A DNA stretch of 64,000 bases. It comes from Candidatus Nomurabacteria bacterium. Its GTDB lineage: Bacteria; Patescibacteriota; Minisyncoccia; Phycocordibacterales; UBA9973. Below are positions 37,973-48,635 of the stretch, piece after piece (position 1 is the stretch's first letter; every line of letters begins with the position of its first letter). The notes under the pieces were generated by a model. That model did no database searches. It was not told the origin of the DNA and saw only the letters and a list, made by a program, of their open reading frames with translations. Location: NCBI GenBank assembly GCA_023267375.1, contig JAHFNJ010000005.1, positions 1,285-65,284 on the forward strand. Direction: 5' to 3'. The position numbers and the translations under genes are program-made.

Positions 37973-38686
37973 ATGCATTTTCCCGAAAAAAATGAACACC
38001 TACCAAGTAGTAACAAAAATCGTCCTATGACTCAACCAGAATTTCACACAAGTGCTTCACCCGAAAAAGAAGCAACAGCATATCTTGCAGAAACGTTGAA
38101 GCATGAGCTTGTGGGTGGTAAAAAAGTGCTCTGGCTACTCTCTGGTGGCTCTGCAGTTCTTGTTGCACAAAAAACAGCAGAAGCATTGCAGGGCATCGAT
38201 ATGAGCAACCTTACTGTTACTTTAATCGATGAGCGGTATGGCGATGTTGGGCACACTGATTCCAATTGGACAAAGCTTCAGAATGCGGGATTTTTTTTAC
38301 CGGGAGCAATGCTACACCCTGTACTTACCGGAGAGAGTAAAGAGACGACCTCGAAACAGTTTGCCGTATTCCTTGAGAATGCCCTCAGGGAAAATGAGTA
38401 TAAAATAGGTCTTTTTGGTATTGGAATAGATGGGCATACTGCCGGAATATTGCCGCACAGTCCGGCTGTGGCAGATACCCGTTTAGTGGTAGGATATACG
38501 ACGGAAACACACGAACGTATTACGACTACACCCGCACTCATCAGAGAACTTGATGAAGCAGTCGTGTACGCAGCTGGTGATGAAAAAAAACAAACACTTG
38601 AAATGTTGAAAGGAGACTATTCGATTGACGAACAACCGGCGCAGGCATTAAAACAAGCAAAAAAATTTATTATTTTTAACGATTAA
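37973..38686 (+). CDS. pgl: 6-phosphogluconolactonase
   Basis: LSGGS, IDERY, DSN, GIGIDGHTAGI, RIT.T; adjacent to gnd and zwf. Confidence 0.85.
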   Translation: MHFPEKNEHLPSSNKNRPMTQPEFHTSASPEKEATAYLAETLKHELVGGKKVLWLLSGGSAVLVAQKTAEALQGIDMSNLTVTLIDERYGDVGHTDSNWTKLQNAGFFLPGAMLHPVLTGESKETTSKQFAVFLENALRENEYKIGLFGIGIDGHTAGILPHSPAVADTRLVVGYTTETHERITTTPALIRELDEAVVYAAGDEKKQTLEMLKGDYSIDEQPAQALKQAKKFIIFND

Positions 38687-38700
38687 GGGAAAATCATTTT

Positions 38701-39609
38701 ATGAAAATAGCAATTTCTGGTTTGGGGAAAATGGGCATGCAGATTGTTCGCAAGCTGACTGAAGATGGACATGAAGTCATTGCGCACGATATTAATGCAA
38801 GTGCTATCGATGAAGCAAATACATATAACGCAATTCCTGCTGCTACACCAAAAGAAGTTGTCGGCGCGTTCAAAGAAGGGGAACAGTTTGTTGTTTGGAT
38901 TATGGTTCCTTCAGGCGTGGTTGATGATACGCTCGCAAACTGGCTCGAGATTATGCCAAAAGGAAGTATTATTATCGATGGCGGTAATTCAGATTTCCGT
39001 TTGACCAAAGAGCGCTCAAAGAAAGTGAGCAGTGCTGGTTCGTATCTTATTGACTGCGGTACGAGTGGTGGTGTGTGGGGATACAAAAACGGATTTGCCA
39101 TGATGGTTGGAGGTGATGAAGCATCTTTTAAAAAAGTGGAGCCGGTGTTACAAACGCTCGCAAAACCTGAAGGCGCATACCATTATTTCGGCGAAAGTGG
39201 CGCAGGTCACTTTGTGAAAATGACACACAATGCGATCGAGTACGGCATGATGCAGAGCTTGGCGGAAGGGTATCAGTTATTGAAAGATGGTCCGTATAAA
39301 ACTATTGACCTCGGTGCTGCGGGCGAAGTGTGGCAACACCACAGCGTGATTACGTCATGGCTCAATGAACTCTGTCGTGATGCGCTCAAAGCGAATCCAG
39401 AACTTTCCGGTATCGATGGCTTTGTTGCCGAATCTGGCGAAGCACGCTGGGCGCTTGAAGTTGCAAAAGAATTTGCGGTGCCGACGCCGTCGATCCAAGC
39501 ATCGTTTAATGTTCGCTTGGCTTCACAGAAAGGAGTTACCAACTTTGCTACGAAACTATTAGCCGCGATGCGTAATGCATTCGGTGGGCACCAGATTAAT
39601 AAGTCGTAA
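38701..39609 (+). CDS. gnd: 6-phosphogluconate dehydrogenase (decarboxylating, short form)
   Basis: GLGKMG, IDGGNS, GTSGG, GAGHFVKMTHNAIEYG, MRNAFGGH. Confidence 0.95.
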   Translation: MKIAISGLGKMGMQIVRKLTEDGHEVIAHDINASAIDEANTYNAIPAATPKEVVGAFKEGEQFVVWIMVPSGVVDDTLANWLEIMPKGSIIIDGGNSDFRLTKERSKKVSSAGSYLIDCGTSGGVWGYKNGFAMMVGGDEASFKKVEPVLQTLAKPEGAYHYFGESGAGHFVKMTHNAIEYGMMQSLAEGYQLLKDGPYKTIDLGAAGEVWQHHSVITSWLNELCRDALKANPELSGIDGFVAESGEARWALEVAKEFAVPTPSIQASFNVRLASQKGVTNFATKLLAAMRNAFGGHQINKS

Positions 39610-39620
39610 TTTATTTATTG

Positions 39621-39812
39621 GGAATCTACCTCAAAAATAATCATGATTATCAGTAATAAAAAAGAATCATTTCGCTACTACGGTCGCCAAAATCAGGCTA
39701 CGAACCGTCGAAACCTTAGTTGCAGTACGATGAGTACTGTTCCTGCGGTTTCTCGGATTCTCGCTTCTGATTTTGGCGACCTCGCGACGCGATTATTTTT
39801 GAGGTAGATTCC
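39621..39812. mobile_element. 192-bp MITE-like nested palindromic element
   Basis: 22-bp perfect terminal inverted repeats ggaatctacctcaaaaataatc; inner 15-bp IR ggtcgccaaaatcag; apical cagtac-gatga-gtactg. Confidence 0.7.
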
Positions 39813-39822
39813 TTTCTACGCT

Positions 39823-41166
39823 ATGGACACCGAAACACCAGTTATTCTCGTTATTGTAGGTATCACCGGAGACTTGGCGAAGCGTATGATCTTGCCGGCA
39901 ATTGGAAGAATCGCTGCAGCAGGTACGTTGCCGCATCATTTTCATATTTTAGGTGTGACGCGACAAAAGAATGTGTCTATCGACCACTTGCTCGCCAGAG
40001 TTGAGAATAAAGAATTTGTTACCGAGCACCTGCAAATTTTCCAGATGGATTTGGATAGTCCGAAAGAATACCATCGCTTAAAAACAGAGCTTGAAAAAAT
40101 AGAAAAGAAATTTGGTCGTGGAGCACAGCGACTCTTCTATCTTTCTGTCCCACCGCATGTTTCTGAAACGATTATTAAATATCATGGTGCATCTGGTTTG
40201 GCGAAAGTGGAAAAAACAAAACTGTTGCTTGAGAAGCCCTTTGGTATTGATATGGCGACTGCGACTGATCTTGTCGGGGAAATTGAAAAATATTTTTCGA
40301 ATGAGCAGGTATACCGTATTGATCATTATGTGGCGAAGGGAATGGCTCAGAATATAATCGTCTTCCGCGAGGAGAATTCACTGTTCCGTCGGACGTGGAA
40401 TAAAGAGTTTATTGAGCGCATAGAAATTATTGCGAGTGAATCAATTGGGATTGAAGGCCGTATTGGTTTTTATGAACAAGCTGGTGCGTTGCGTGATTAC
40501 GTACAAAACCACCTCTTACAACTAGCCGCACTTACTCTTATGGAAATTCCACCGTCGGGCTCTATGATGGAAGATGTTTCCGTGCGACGACTGGCAGCGC
40601 TTAAGGATCTTTATTTCCCGACAGATGCACCTCTTCAAAAGTACGTGAGGCGCGGGCAGTACCGAGGTTACACACAAGAAGTAGATAATCCAAAAAGTAC
40701 TGTGGAAACATTTACTGCGGTAACACTTTTTTCAAAAAACAGTCGATGGAAGGGGGTTCCTATTGTTCTGGTTGCTGGAAAAATGCTTGAGAAAAAAATG
40801 ACTGAAGTCCGTATCTTTTACAAAAAAGATCAGGAGACAGAATCAAATGAGCTCGTGCTTCGGTTGTATCCCGACGAGGGGGTGCTTATTCGAGTGTGGG
40901 CGAAGCGGCCAGGCTATCAGAAGGACGTAGAAAAACATATACTACGATTTACCTACGCAGATCACTATAAAGTCTTGCCTGAGGCGTACGAGCAGGTGCT
41001 GCTTGACTCCATTCGCTCCGATCAAAGTCGCTTTACCTCAAGTGCCGAGGTGCTTGAATCGTGGCGCATCCTTGCTCCTGTGCAGGAAGCATGGAAAAGG
41101 GGGAGCGACGATTTGTTTCTCTACGAACCAGGAGCCAGTGTCGCGGAGATTCTTACGCAAGAATAA
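39823..41166 (+). CDS. zwf: Glucose-6-phosphate 1-dehydrogenase
   Basis: GITGDLA, EKPFG, YRIDHY, GALRDYVQNHLLQ, RWKGVP. Confidence 0.95.
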   Translation: MDTETPVILVIVGITGDLAKRMILPAIGRIAAAGTLPHHFHILGVTRQKNVSIDHLLARVENKEFVTEHLQIFQMDLDSPKEYHRLKTELEKIEKKFGRGAQRLFYLSVPPHVSETIIKYHGASGLAKVEKTKLLLEKPFGIDMATATDLVGEIEKYFSNEQVYRIDHYVAKGMAQNIIVFREENSLFRRTWNKEFIERIEIIASESIGIEGRIGFYEQAGALRDYVQNHLLQLAALTLMEIPPSGSMMEDVSVRRLAALKDLYFPTDAPLQKYVRRGQYRGYTQEVDNPKSTVETFTAVTLFSKNSRWKGVPIVLVAGKMLEKKMTEVRIFYKKDQETESNELVLRLYPDEGVLIRVWAKRPGYQKDVEKHILRFTYADHYKVLPEAYEQVLLDSIRSDQSRFTSSAEVLESWRILAPVQEAWKRGSDDLFLYEPGASVAEILTQE

Positions 41167-41218
41167 TCTAATCGGTGCTATTTCGTACAACGGCTCACGC
41201 ATGGTATATACTTATCCA

Positions 41219-41860
41219 ATGAAACGTTTTTTCGTTTTTTTACTAAAGACCTGTGGCATCATTCTGGGCGCCGTTGTCATTGTTAATGTGAGTATCGTCT
41301 TGGGATCTGCGCCTTACATATATGAGACTGTTGAGGAGGCGCCAGAAGCAGATCTTGTCTTGGTGCTTGGCGCGGCCGTGTATTCAAACGGTAATTTAAC
41401 TCCGCTGTTTAAAGATCGGGTTGATACCGCGATTGCTTTGTACAACGCAAAGAAAGTCAAAGATATTTTGGTTTCAGGAGATAATGGGACTCTGGAGCAC
41501 AACGAGGTAAATCCTGCTCGGGTATATCTCTTAAAACAGGGCATTCCCGATAAGGACATTTTTTTGGATCATGCCGGCTTTGATACATATAGTACGCTCT
41601 ATCGTGCTCGTGATGTGTTTGGGGTGAAGTCTGTCCTCATCACTACGCAGTCCTTTCATCTGTCGCGTGCGTTATTTATAGCTCGCATGTTAGGCTTACA
41701 TGCCTATGGTGTTGCCGCCGATAATCATGTTCCGCTTCTCAAAAATTATGTTCGGGAATTATTTGCCGATGAGAAGGCCGTGTTTGACGTGATTGTGCAC
41801 CGCGTGCCAAAATACTTAGGAGAACCGATTCCGATAACACCCGAAGGTCAACCACATTAA
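41219..41860 (+). CDS. SanA/YdcF (DUF218) family protein
   Basis: LVLGA, LVSGDN, DHAGFDTYST, TQSFHLSRA, YVRE. Confidence 0.88.
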   Translation: MKRFFVFLLKTCGIILGAVVIVNVSIVLGSAPYIYETVEEAPEADLVLVLGAAVYSNGNLTPLFKDRVDTAIALYNAKKVKDILVSGDNGTLEHNEVNPARVYLLKQGIPDKDIFLDHAGFDTYSTLYRARDVFGVKSVLITTQSFHLSRALFIARMLGLHAYGVAADNHVPLLKNYVRELFADEKAVFDVIVHRVPKYLGEPIPITPEGQPH

Positions 41861-41863
41861 TAT

Positions 41864-42958
41864 ATGAAATTTTCAATCACGCACATTCGAAATTGGTATG
41901 CTCGCAATGAGCGCAGGGTCTCTTCGGTGTCTCTGTTTGGTGGTTTCGTTTTTAATGCGCTTACGCTAAAGCGTGTCGATTTTTTTTGGGAAAATTTTTG
42001 GGTTGTCATCCATCTGCTTGTTGTTGCTCTCTGTATCATCCTCATTAATCGCAATGAAAATAATCCGCAAGCAGAAAAAGATCCGGGGCGGTTTCATTTT
42101 TGGCTGATCACTATCGTACAGTTTTTTTTCGGGGGCCTATTATCCACGTATATTGTTTTTTATTTTCGCTCAACGACATTTTCAGTCACATGGCCGTTCC
42201 TTTTTCTCTTAGCTATTGCCTTTCTTGCGAATGAATCACTCCGCAAGCATTCAACGCGTCTTACGTTTCAGATAAGCCTCTTCTTCCTCTCGGTGCTATC
42301 CTTTGCTATTTTTATCGTGCCAGTATTTTTTCACAAAATTGGAGATGGAGTATTTATCGTCAGCGGAATTGCAAGCCTGGTCATCCTCATGTTTTTTCTC
42401 TACGGTCTTCGTTCTTTTGCTCGTGAACGATTTAAAAAAAATAAACGATGGCTCGCTTTTTCTATTGTTACAATTTTTACACTTGTAAACGTGCTCTACT
42501 TTAGTAATCTCATTCCACCGATACCGCTTTCACTTAAAGACGGAGCTATTTACCACGAAGTTGTAAAAGATGGGAATGGTAATTATCTTGTGCGGGATGA
42601 GGTGAGGGGGTGGCTCGATTATTTTAAAATACACCAAAGCATCCATGTACTTCCCGGTGATGTCTTGTATGCATACAGCGCTATATTTTCTCCGGCGTTA
42701 TTCAATACTGATATTATTCACGAATGGCAACTCTATGATGAGTCGTCACAATCATGGATCACCACAAATCAAGTGATTCTTTCTGCGCTTGGCGGGCGAG
42801 AAGGAGGGTTTCGTACGTATTCAAAAAAAAGTGGAATAACTCCCGGTAAATGGCGGGTGAACGTTGAAACACGAAAAGGGCAAGTGATTGGCCGTTTGCA
42901 GTTTAATGTTGCTGTGGTTGGGGAAGAGCCCGTTTTAATACAAAAAATAAAAGAGTAG
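41864..42958 (+). CDS. Multi-TM membrane protein with C-terminal DUF2914-like domain
   Basis: IPPIPLSLK, GGREGGFRTYS.K, GKWRV.VET..GQVIGR. Confidence 0.75.
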   Translation: MKFSITHIRNWYARNERRVSSVSLFGGFVFNALTLKRVDFFWENFWVVIHLLVVALCIILINRNENNPQAEKDPGRFHFWLITIVQFFFGGLLSTYIVFYFRSTTFSVTWPFLFLLAIAFLANESLRKHSTRLTFQISLFFLSVLSFAIFIVPVFFHKIGDGVFIVSGIASLVILMFFLYGLRSFARERFKKNKRWLAFSIVTIFTLVNVLYFSNLIPPIPLSLKDGAIYHEVVKDGNGNYLVRDEVRGWLDYFKIHQSIHVLPGDVLYAYSAIFSPALFNTDIIHEWQLYDESSQSWITTNQVILSALGGREGGFRTYSKKSGITPGKWRVNVETRKGQVIGRLQFNVAVVGEEPVLIQKIKE

Positions 42959-43053
42959 ATACCGATGCACTGAATTAAAATACACCACGATTTCATATTT
43001 TTTCAATGTCATATAAGTTTACTAACTTCACAAAATACTAGTATACTAGAGCA

Positions 43054-46035
43054 ATGATTTCACGAATCTATGTCGCTCAAAAAGCGATAGATAGCCGTGC
43101 CAAAGTGTTGCAAAATTCCTGGAATAAATTGGGTCTTTCTGGTCGCGTGACGGGTGTGACATTGCTTGATTCGTACACCATCCACGCTTCGCTTACATCT
43201 TCGCATCTCAAAAAAGCAGCTTCTGCGCTTTGTAATCCCTCACTTGAAATTGCGACTATCAGCAAGTTGCCGAAAGTTGCCTCGTATACGTATGTCATTG
43301 AAATCGGCTTTATGCCAGGGGTAACAGACAATGTTGCTAAGACGGCAGAAGAGGCGATCGCGGACACGCTCCATCGACCCTTTAAAAAGGGTGAAGCAAT
43401 TTATACCTCAAAAGTTTTTTTTGTTTCAGGAACACTTTCCAAAAAAGATGCTGAACTAATCGCCGGATCACTCCACAATCCGCTTATTGAGCGTGCTGCT
43501 ATCTTTTCAAAAAATGAAATTGCCAAGAAGGGAACATTGCCACTTGTGGTACCAGAAGTGGTACTACCAAAACGTACGCCAGTCATCCCTGTATCGCTCG
43601 CCTTGCCGGACGAAGAACTCATTCGTATCGGTAAAGAGGGTATCTTTGATGCTGAAATCGGTACGCGTCGCGGTCCGCTTGCGCTTGATCTTGCTTCAAT
43701 GCGTGTTATTAAAGACTATTTCAAAAAACTGAAACGCAATCCGACCGACATTGAGCTTGAATCGCTTGCGCAGACGTGGAGCGAGCACTGCAAGCACACT
43801 ATTTTTGCGAACTCGATCGACGACATCAAAGATGGTTTGTATAAAACCTATATCAAAGGCGCGACGAATATTATCCGTCAGAAAAAAGGAACAGATGATT
43901 TTTGTCTCTCTGTTTTCTCTGACAATGCTGGCGGTATTATGTTTGATAATGATTATTTGGTAACGCATAAAGTTGAAACGCACAACAGTCCTTCAGCGCT
44001 TGATCCGTTTGGTGGGGCCATCACTGGTATCGTCGGTGTGAATCGCGATACGATCGGTTTCGGTCTGGGAGCTAAACCTGTCGCAAACTGCTACGGCTTT
44101 TGTTTCGGTGATCCGTTCGATACGCGTCCGCTCTATCGCGATAAAAATCGCACACAAAAAATGCTTTCACCCCGCCGCATTATGGATGGGGTAATCAAGG
44201 GTGTGAATGTCGGCGGCAACTGCTCAGGCATTCCAACCTTAAACGGTTTCGTGCGATTCGATGACCGTTTCCGCGGCAAGCCACTCGTCTTTGTGGGAAC
44301 AGTAGGACTCATGCCGCGCGAGAAAAAAGGAAAACGGCTTGATGAAAAAGAAGCGAAGGCTGGCGACTACATCGTGGTGGTTGGTGGACGTGTGGGTGCC
44401 GACGGTATTCATGGGGCGACATTCTCTTCAGTGGTGATGGATACATCGTCGCCAGCAACTGCAGTGCAGATCGGGGATCCCATTACCCAGAAAAAATTAT
44501 CTGACGCGATTGTGAAAGAAGCGCGTGATCTTGGACTGTACTCAAGCATTACCGACAACGGTGCTGGCGGTATTTCTTGTTCAGTCGCAGAAATGGCAAA
44601 GGAGTGCGGCGGGGCGAAAGTACATCTCGAAAAAGTGCCGCTGAAGTATCCTGGCCTTCAGCCATGGCAGATTTGGATCTCTGAATCGCAGGAACGCATG
44701 ACACTTTCGGTGCCGAAGAAAAAGTGGAAGGCATTTCAATCGCTTATGAAAAAGCGCGGTGTTGAAGCGACTATTATCGGTGAATTCACGAGCTCAGGAA
44801 ACATGGTAGTGAACTGGAAAGGTAAGAAGATTATGGATTTGCCGCTTGAATTTTTGCACAATGGTTTGCCAAAACACCAACTTCAATCTGAGCAAGTTGT
44901 TCACACATACAAAACACCAGCACTTCCGAAAGGTGGCGATCGTACAAAGATACTTGAAGAATTGGTGGCGGTAGGGAATATCGGTAGTTTTGATTGGATT
45001 TCTACACAATACGATCACGAGGTACAGGCTGGATCAGTGGTGAAGCCACTTTCCGGTCGGGGTCGTATCAACACTGATGCACAGGTATTTCGTCCACTGC
45101 TTTCATCAAAAAAAGGTGTCGTTCTTTCGTCGGCGCTCTATCCTTCATATTCTGATCTCGACACCTACGCTATGGCAGCAGCAGCAATTGATACAGCAAT
45201 CAGAAATGCGGTAGCAGTTGGCGGATCGCTCGATATGCTCGCTATCCTCGATAACACCTGTTGGTGCTCCTCGTATGATAAAAATCGCCTAGCAGAACTC
45301 GTGGATGCCATCCGTGCTTGCTACGATGTGGCCGTGGGTTTTGAAACGCCGTTTATTTCCGGAAAGGACAGCATGTTTAATGATTTCAAAGGCTACGATG
45401 GGAAAGGGAATCCAGTAAAAATTTCTATTCCGCCAACATTACTCATTTCAGCTATTGGAGTAATGTCTGATCTCCACAAAGCTGTTACGCCAGAATTTAA
45501 AAATGCTGGTGATTCTATTTACTTACTCGGTGAGACAAAAGATGAACTTGGTGCATCTGAATATTTCAAACTCCTTGCGAAAAAACAGAAGTCTGAAGCA
45601 CTTGGGAAAAATGTGCCGAAAGTTGATATTGAGAAAAACAAAAAGACGTATCGTGCACTTGAAAAGGCAATTGGGCTTGGCTTGGTTGCATCGTCGCTCT
45701 CAGTGACTTCTGGTGGGCTTGCTGCAGCGCTTGGAAAAGCGGTTGTTGGGGGTATGCTTGGTGCAACTATCTCACTCAAGAATCTTCCTGGTGAAAAACT
45801 GTCTGTGGATCAAGCGCTTTTTTCTGAAAGCCAAGGACGTATTTTGGTTTCAGTTGCGCCGCAAGATATTACCGATTTTGAAGAAATCATGAAAGAAGTA
45901 CCACATGCAGAAATCGGTATTGTTTCAGCTGGGCGTGCACTCGTTGTGAATGATGCAAAAAATAAAGTAGTCGTTAAGACAACCGTTGATAAATTGAATA
46001 AGGCGTACCGAATGTTATCAACAAAAGTCGCATAA
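43054..46035 (+). CDS. purL: Phosphoribosylformylglycinamidine synthase PurL with N-terminal PurS-like domains
   Basis: QTWSEHCKH, KVETHNSPS, DGIHGATFSS, DNGAGG, SESQERM, ISGKDS. Confidence 0.95.
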   Translation: MISRIYVAQKAIDSRAKVLQNSWNKLGLSGRVTGVTLLDSYTIHASLTSSHLKKAASALCNPSLEIATISKLPKVASYTYVIEIGFMPGVTDNVAKTAEEAIADTLHRPFKKGEAIYTSKVFFVSGTLSKKDAELIAGSLHNPLIERAAIFSKNEIAKKGTLPLVVPEVVLPKRTPVIPVSLALPDEELIRIGKEGIFDAEIGTRRGPLALDLASMRVIKDYFKKLKRNPTDIELESLAQTWSEHCKHTIFANSIDDIKDGLYKTYIKGATNIIRQKKGTDDFCLSVFSDNAGGIMFDNDYLVTHKVETHNSPSALDPFGGAITGIVGVNRDTIGFGLGAKPVANCYGFCFGDPFDTRPLYRDKNRTQKMLSPRRIMDGVIKGVNVGGNCSGIPTLNGFVRFDDRFRGKPLVFVGTVGLMPREKKGKRLDEKEAKAGDYIVVVGGRVGADGIHGATFSSVVMDTSSPATAVQIGDPITQKKLSDAIVKEARDLGLYSSITDNGAGGISCSVAEMAKECGGAKVHLEKVPLKYPGLQPWQIWISESQERMTLSVPKKKWKAFQSLMKKRGVEATIIGEFTSSGNMVVNWKGKKIMDLPLEFLHNGLPKHQLQSEQVVHTYKTPALPKGGDRTKILEELVAVGNIGSFDWISTQYDHEVQAGSVVKPLSGRGRINTDAQVFRPLLSSKKGVVLSSALYPSYSDLDTYAMAAAAIDTAIRNAVAVGGSLDMLAILDNTCWCSSYDKNRLAELVDAIRACYDVAVGFETPFISGKDSMFNDFKGYDGKGNPVKISIPPTLLISAIGVMSDLHKAVTPEFKNAGDSIYLLGETKDELGASEYFKLLAKKQKSEALGKNVPKVDIEKNKKTYRALEKAIGLGLVASSLSVTSGGLAAALGKAVVGGMLGATISLKNLPGEKLSVDQALFSESQGRILVSVAPQDITDFEEIMKEVPHAEIGIVSAGRALVVNDAKNKVVVKTTVDKLNKAYRMLSTKVA

Positions 46036-46037
46036 GT

Positions 46038-47765
46038 ATGGAAACTCGCAACTGTCAAAACTGCAAAAAAGATTTTACGATCGATCCAGAAGATTTTTCT
46101 TTTTATGAGAAGATAAAAGTCCCACCACCAACATTTTGTCCTGAGTGTAGAAATATACGTAGGACTATTTGGAGAAACGAAAGAACTCTCTATAAGAATG
46201 AGTGCAATCTTTGTAAAAAAGGCATTGTTTCAATTTATTCCCCAGATAAACCATACAAGATTTATTGTGATAAATGTTTTCACGGAGATGGATGGGATCC
46301 TTTTGAACACGGTGTCGATGTAGATTTTACAAAACCATTCTTACAGCAATTTATGGAGTTGCAATTGAAAGCCCCCCGTCTCTATTCTCTTGTTTTCCAG
46401 AATCACAACAGCGAATATGTAAACGGTGCCGCATTCAATAAAAACTGTTACTTGATCTTCGTAAGCGATTACAACGAGGACTCGATGTACTCATATTCTC
46501 TGGTAAAATCGAAGAATACGCTCGACTGTCTCAATTCTTCTGAGTGTGAACTGTGCTATGGGGATATCTCATGTAATAAATGCTATCGCGTTATTTTTTC
46601 AGAGGATTGTCAAAATTCACAAGAATTGATGTTCTGCAAGAATTGCGTCAATTGTAGCGATTGTATCCTTTGTGTGAATCAAAGGAATAAGAAATACTGT
46701 ATAGAAAATATACAGTATACAAAAGAAGAGTATCTGAAAAAGAAGGAAGAATTATATACCGCAAGCAGCAAGAGTTTAGATTTACTGAAGAAGAGATTCA
46801 ATGAATTTAAGAAAGGTTCCATCAATAAATATATTAATGGATTCCAAAACCAGGACGTTTTGGGAAATTTTGTAAATAATTCCAAGAACTCAAAATTTAT
46901 TTTTAACTCTGAAAATGTTGAAGATTCAAAGTATATAAATCATGGCAATAAGATAAAATCTGTTTATGATGCGTACGTTGTAGTCGATGGAACTACTGAT
47001 AGCTATGAAATAGTTTCCGCGATTGCTTTAAATAATGTTATTTCTGGGTATTCTATATGGCATGATTACAATGTTTTCTATTCTGATACTTGCGAGAATT
47101 CAAATAATCTATTCGGTTGCGTCGATTTGAAAAATAAATCCTACTGCATACTCAATAAACAATACACAAAAGAAGAATATGAAAATCTTGTTCCTAAAAT
47201 CATCAAACATATGGAAGAGATGCCTTATACAGATAGATTGGGAAGAACGTATAAATATGGTGAATTTTTTCCAGCAGAATTAACCCCATTTTGCTATAAC
47301 GAAACAATTGCCCAGGAATATTTCCCATTAACTAAAGAACAAGCTTTAGAACAGGGATATGAATGGAAAGATAAAGAAGAAAGAAGTTATAAAATCGATA
47401 TCGCATTAGAACATATTCCAGATGTTATTGAGGAAGTAAAAGATGATATTACCAATAAAATAATAGAATGTGGTCATAAAGGAAATTGTAATCATCAATG
47501 TACAGAAGCATTCAAGATAATTGCTGATGAGCTTAAATTTTATAAAAGAATGAATCTTCCTATACCGCAACTCTGTCCTAACTGCAGACATTACGAACGA
47601 TTGTTACAACGCAATCCTCTGAAACTTTGGCATCGTTCTTGTATGTGTTCCCAAGACAATCATGATCACTCAGGAAATTGTCAAAACGAGTTTGAAACTT
47701 CGTATGCCCCAGATAGACCTGAAAAAGTATATTGTGAAAGTTGTTACCAAAAAGAAGTATTGTAA
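46038..47765 (+). CDS. Cys-rich putative Zn-binding hypothetical protein, AT-rich
   Basis: C..C...F.I..ED..FY.KI.VPPPTFCPECR...RNER.LY; CPNCRH..R...RNP..LW.R.C; VYCESCYQKEV. Confidence 0.75.
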   Translation: METRNCQNCKKDFTIDPEDFSFYEKIKVPPPTFCPECRNIRRTIWRNERTLYKNECNLCKKGIVSIYSPDKPYKIYCDKCFHGDGWDPFEHGVDVDFTKPFLQQFMELQLKAPRLYSLVFQNHNSEYVNGAAFNKNCYLIFVSDYNEDSMYSYSLVKSKNTLDCLNSSECELCYGDISCNKCYRVIFSEDCQNSQELMFCKNCVNCSDCILCVNQRNKKYCIENIQYTKEEYLKKKEELYTASSKSLDLLKKRFNEFKKGSINKYINGFQNQDVLGNFVNNSKNSKFIFNSENVEDSKYINHGNKIKSVYDAYVVVDGTTDSYEIVSAIALNNVISGYSIWHDYNVFYSDTCENSNNLFGCVDLKNKSYCILNKQYTKEEYENLVPKIIKHMEEMPYTDRLGRTYKYGEFFPAELTPFCYNETIAQEYFPLTKEQALEQGYEWKDKEERSYKIDIALEHIPDVIEEVKDDITNKIIECGHKGNCNHQCTEAFKIIADELKFYKRMNLPIPQLCPNCRHYERLLQRNPLKLWHRSCMCSQDNHDHSGNCQNEFETSYAPDRPEKVYCESCYQKEVL

Positions 47766-47814
47766 AAATGACCGACAACTAATTTCAATGAAAAAAATAA
47801 CCAAAAAAATAAAT

Positions 47815-48591
47815 ATGAAACCAAAAGCGTTGATTCTTTCCGGTTACGGACTCAACTGTGAGGAAGAAGCAAAATTTGCTTTTGAGATGGCCGGCGGGGA
47901 AGGAGATATTATACACATCAACGATTTGATTGTGAAGCCAGCGATGCTTTTGAAATACCAGATTTTGGTTTTTCCTGGTGGTTTTTCATACGGTGATGAT
48001 ACAGGATCCGGTAAAGCGTATGCGAATAAATTGCGGAATCACTTGAAAAAGGAACTCGATGTATTTATCAAGCGCGACACACTTACGATTGGTATTTGTA
48101 ATGGTTTTCAGATTATTACAAGCTTGGGCCTTGTGCCTGGCGCATTAACGCACAACGAAAGCGCGCAGTACATTGATCGCTGGGTTGATTTGAAAGCAGA
48201 AGGAGATAGCCCATGGCTTACCGGGATTGAGAAAATATCGGTGCCAATTGCTCACGGCGAAGGACGTTATATTATCGACGAAAAAGAATATAAGAAAATG
48301 AAAGCAAATGGTCAGATTGCATTTACCTATACCAAAGGGGATATGTGTGCGTACCAAAACTTACCATCAAATCCAAACGGAGCGATGTATGATATTGCTG
48401 GGGTGCTGTCATACGATGGCCGCGTGTTAGGTATGATGCCGCATCCAGAACGTGCCCTCTTTTTCCATCATTTACCAGACTGGACCGAAAAACGTGAACA
48501 ACTACGCCGTAAAGGTATTACTGAAATCCCTGAAGAAGGTCCAGGGCTTGCGCTTTTTAAGAACGCTGTAAACTACTTTAAGAATAAATAG
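47815..48591 (+). CDS. purQ: Phosphoribosylformylglycinamidine synthase glutaminase subunit
   Basis: PGGFSYGD, GICNGFQ, AHGEG, GMMPHPER. Confidence 0.95.
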   Translation: MKPKALILSGYGLNCEEEAKFAFEMAGGEGDIIHINDLIVKPAMLLKYQILVFPGGFSYGDDTGSGKAYANKLRNHLKKELDVFIKRDTLTIGICNGFQIITSLGLVPGALTHNESAQYIDRWVDLKAEGDSPWLTGIEKISVPIAHGEGRYIIDEKEYKKMKANGQIAFTYTKGDMCAYQNLPSNPNGAMYDIAGVLSYDGRVLGMMPHPERALFFHHLPDWTEKREQLRRKGITEIPEEGPGLALFKNAVNYFKNK

Positions 48592-48635
48592 AGCTAGAAT
48601 ATTTTCTTGCTTCATGCTCATAAAAAACCAAAAGT

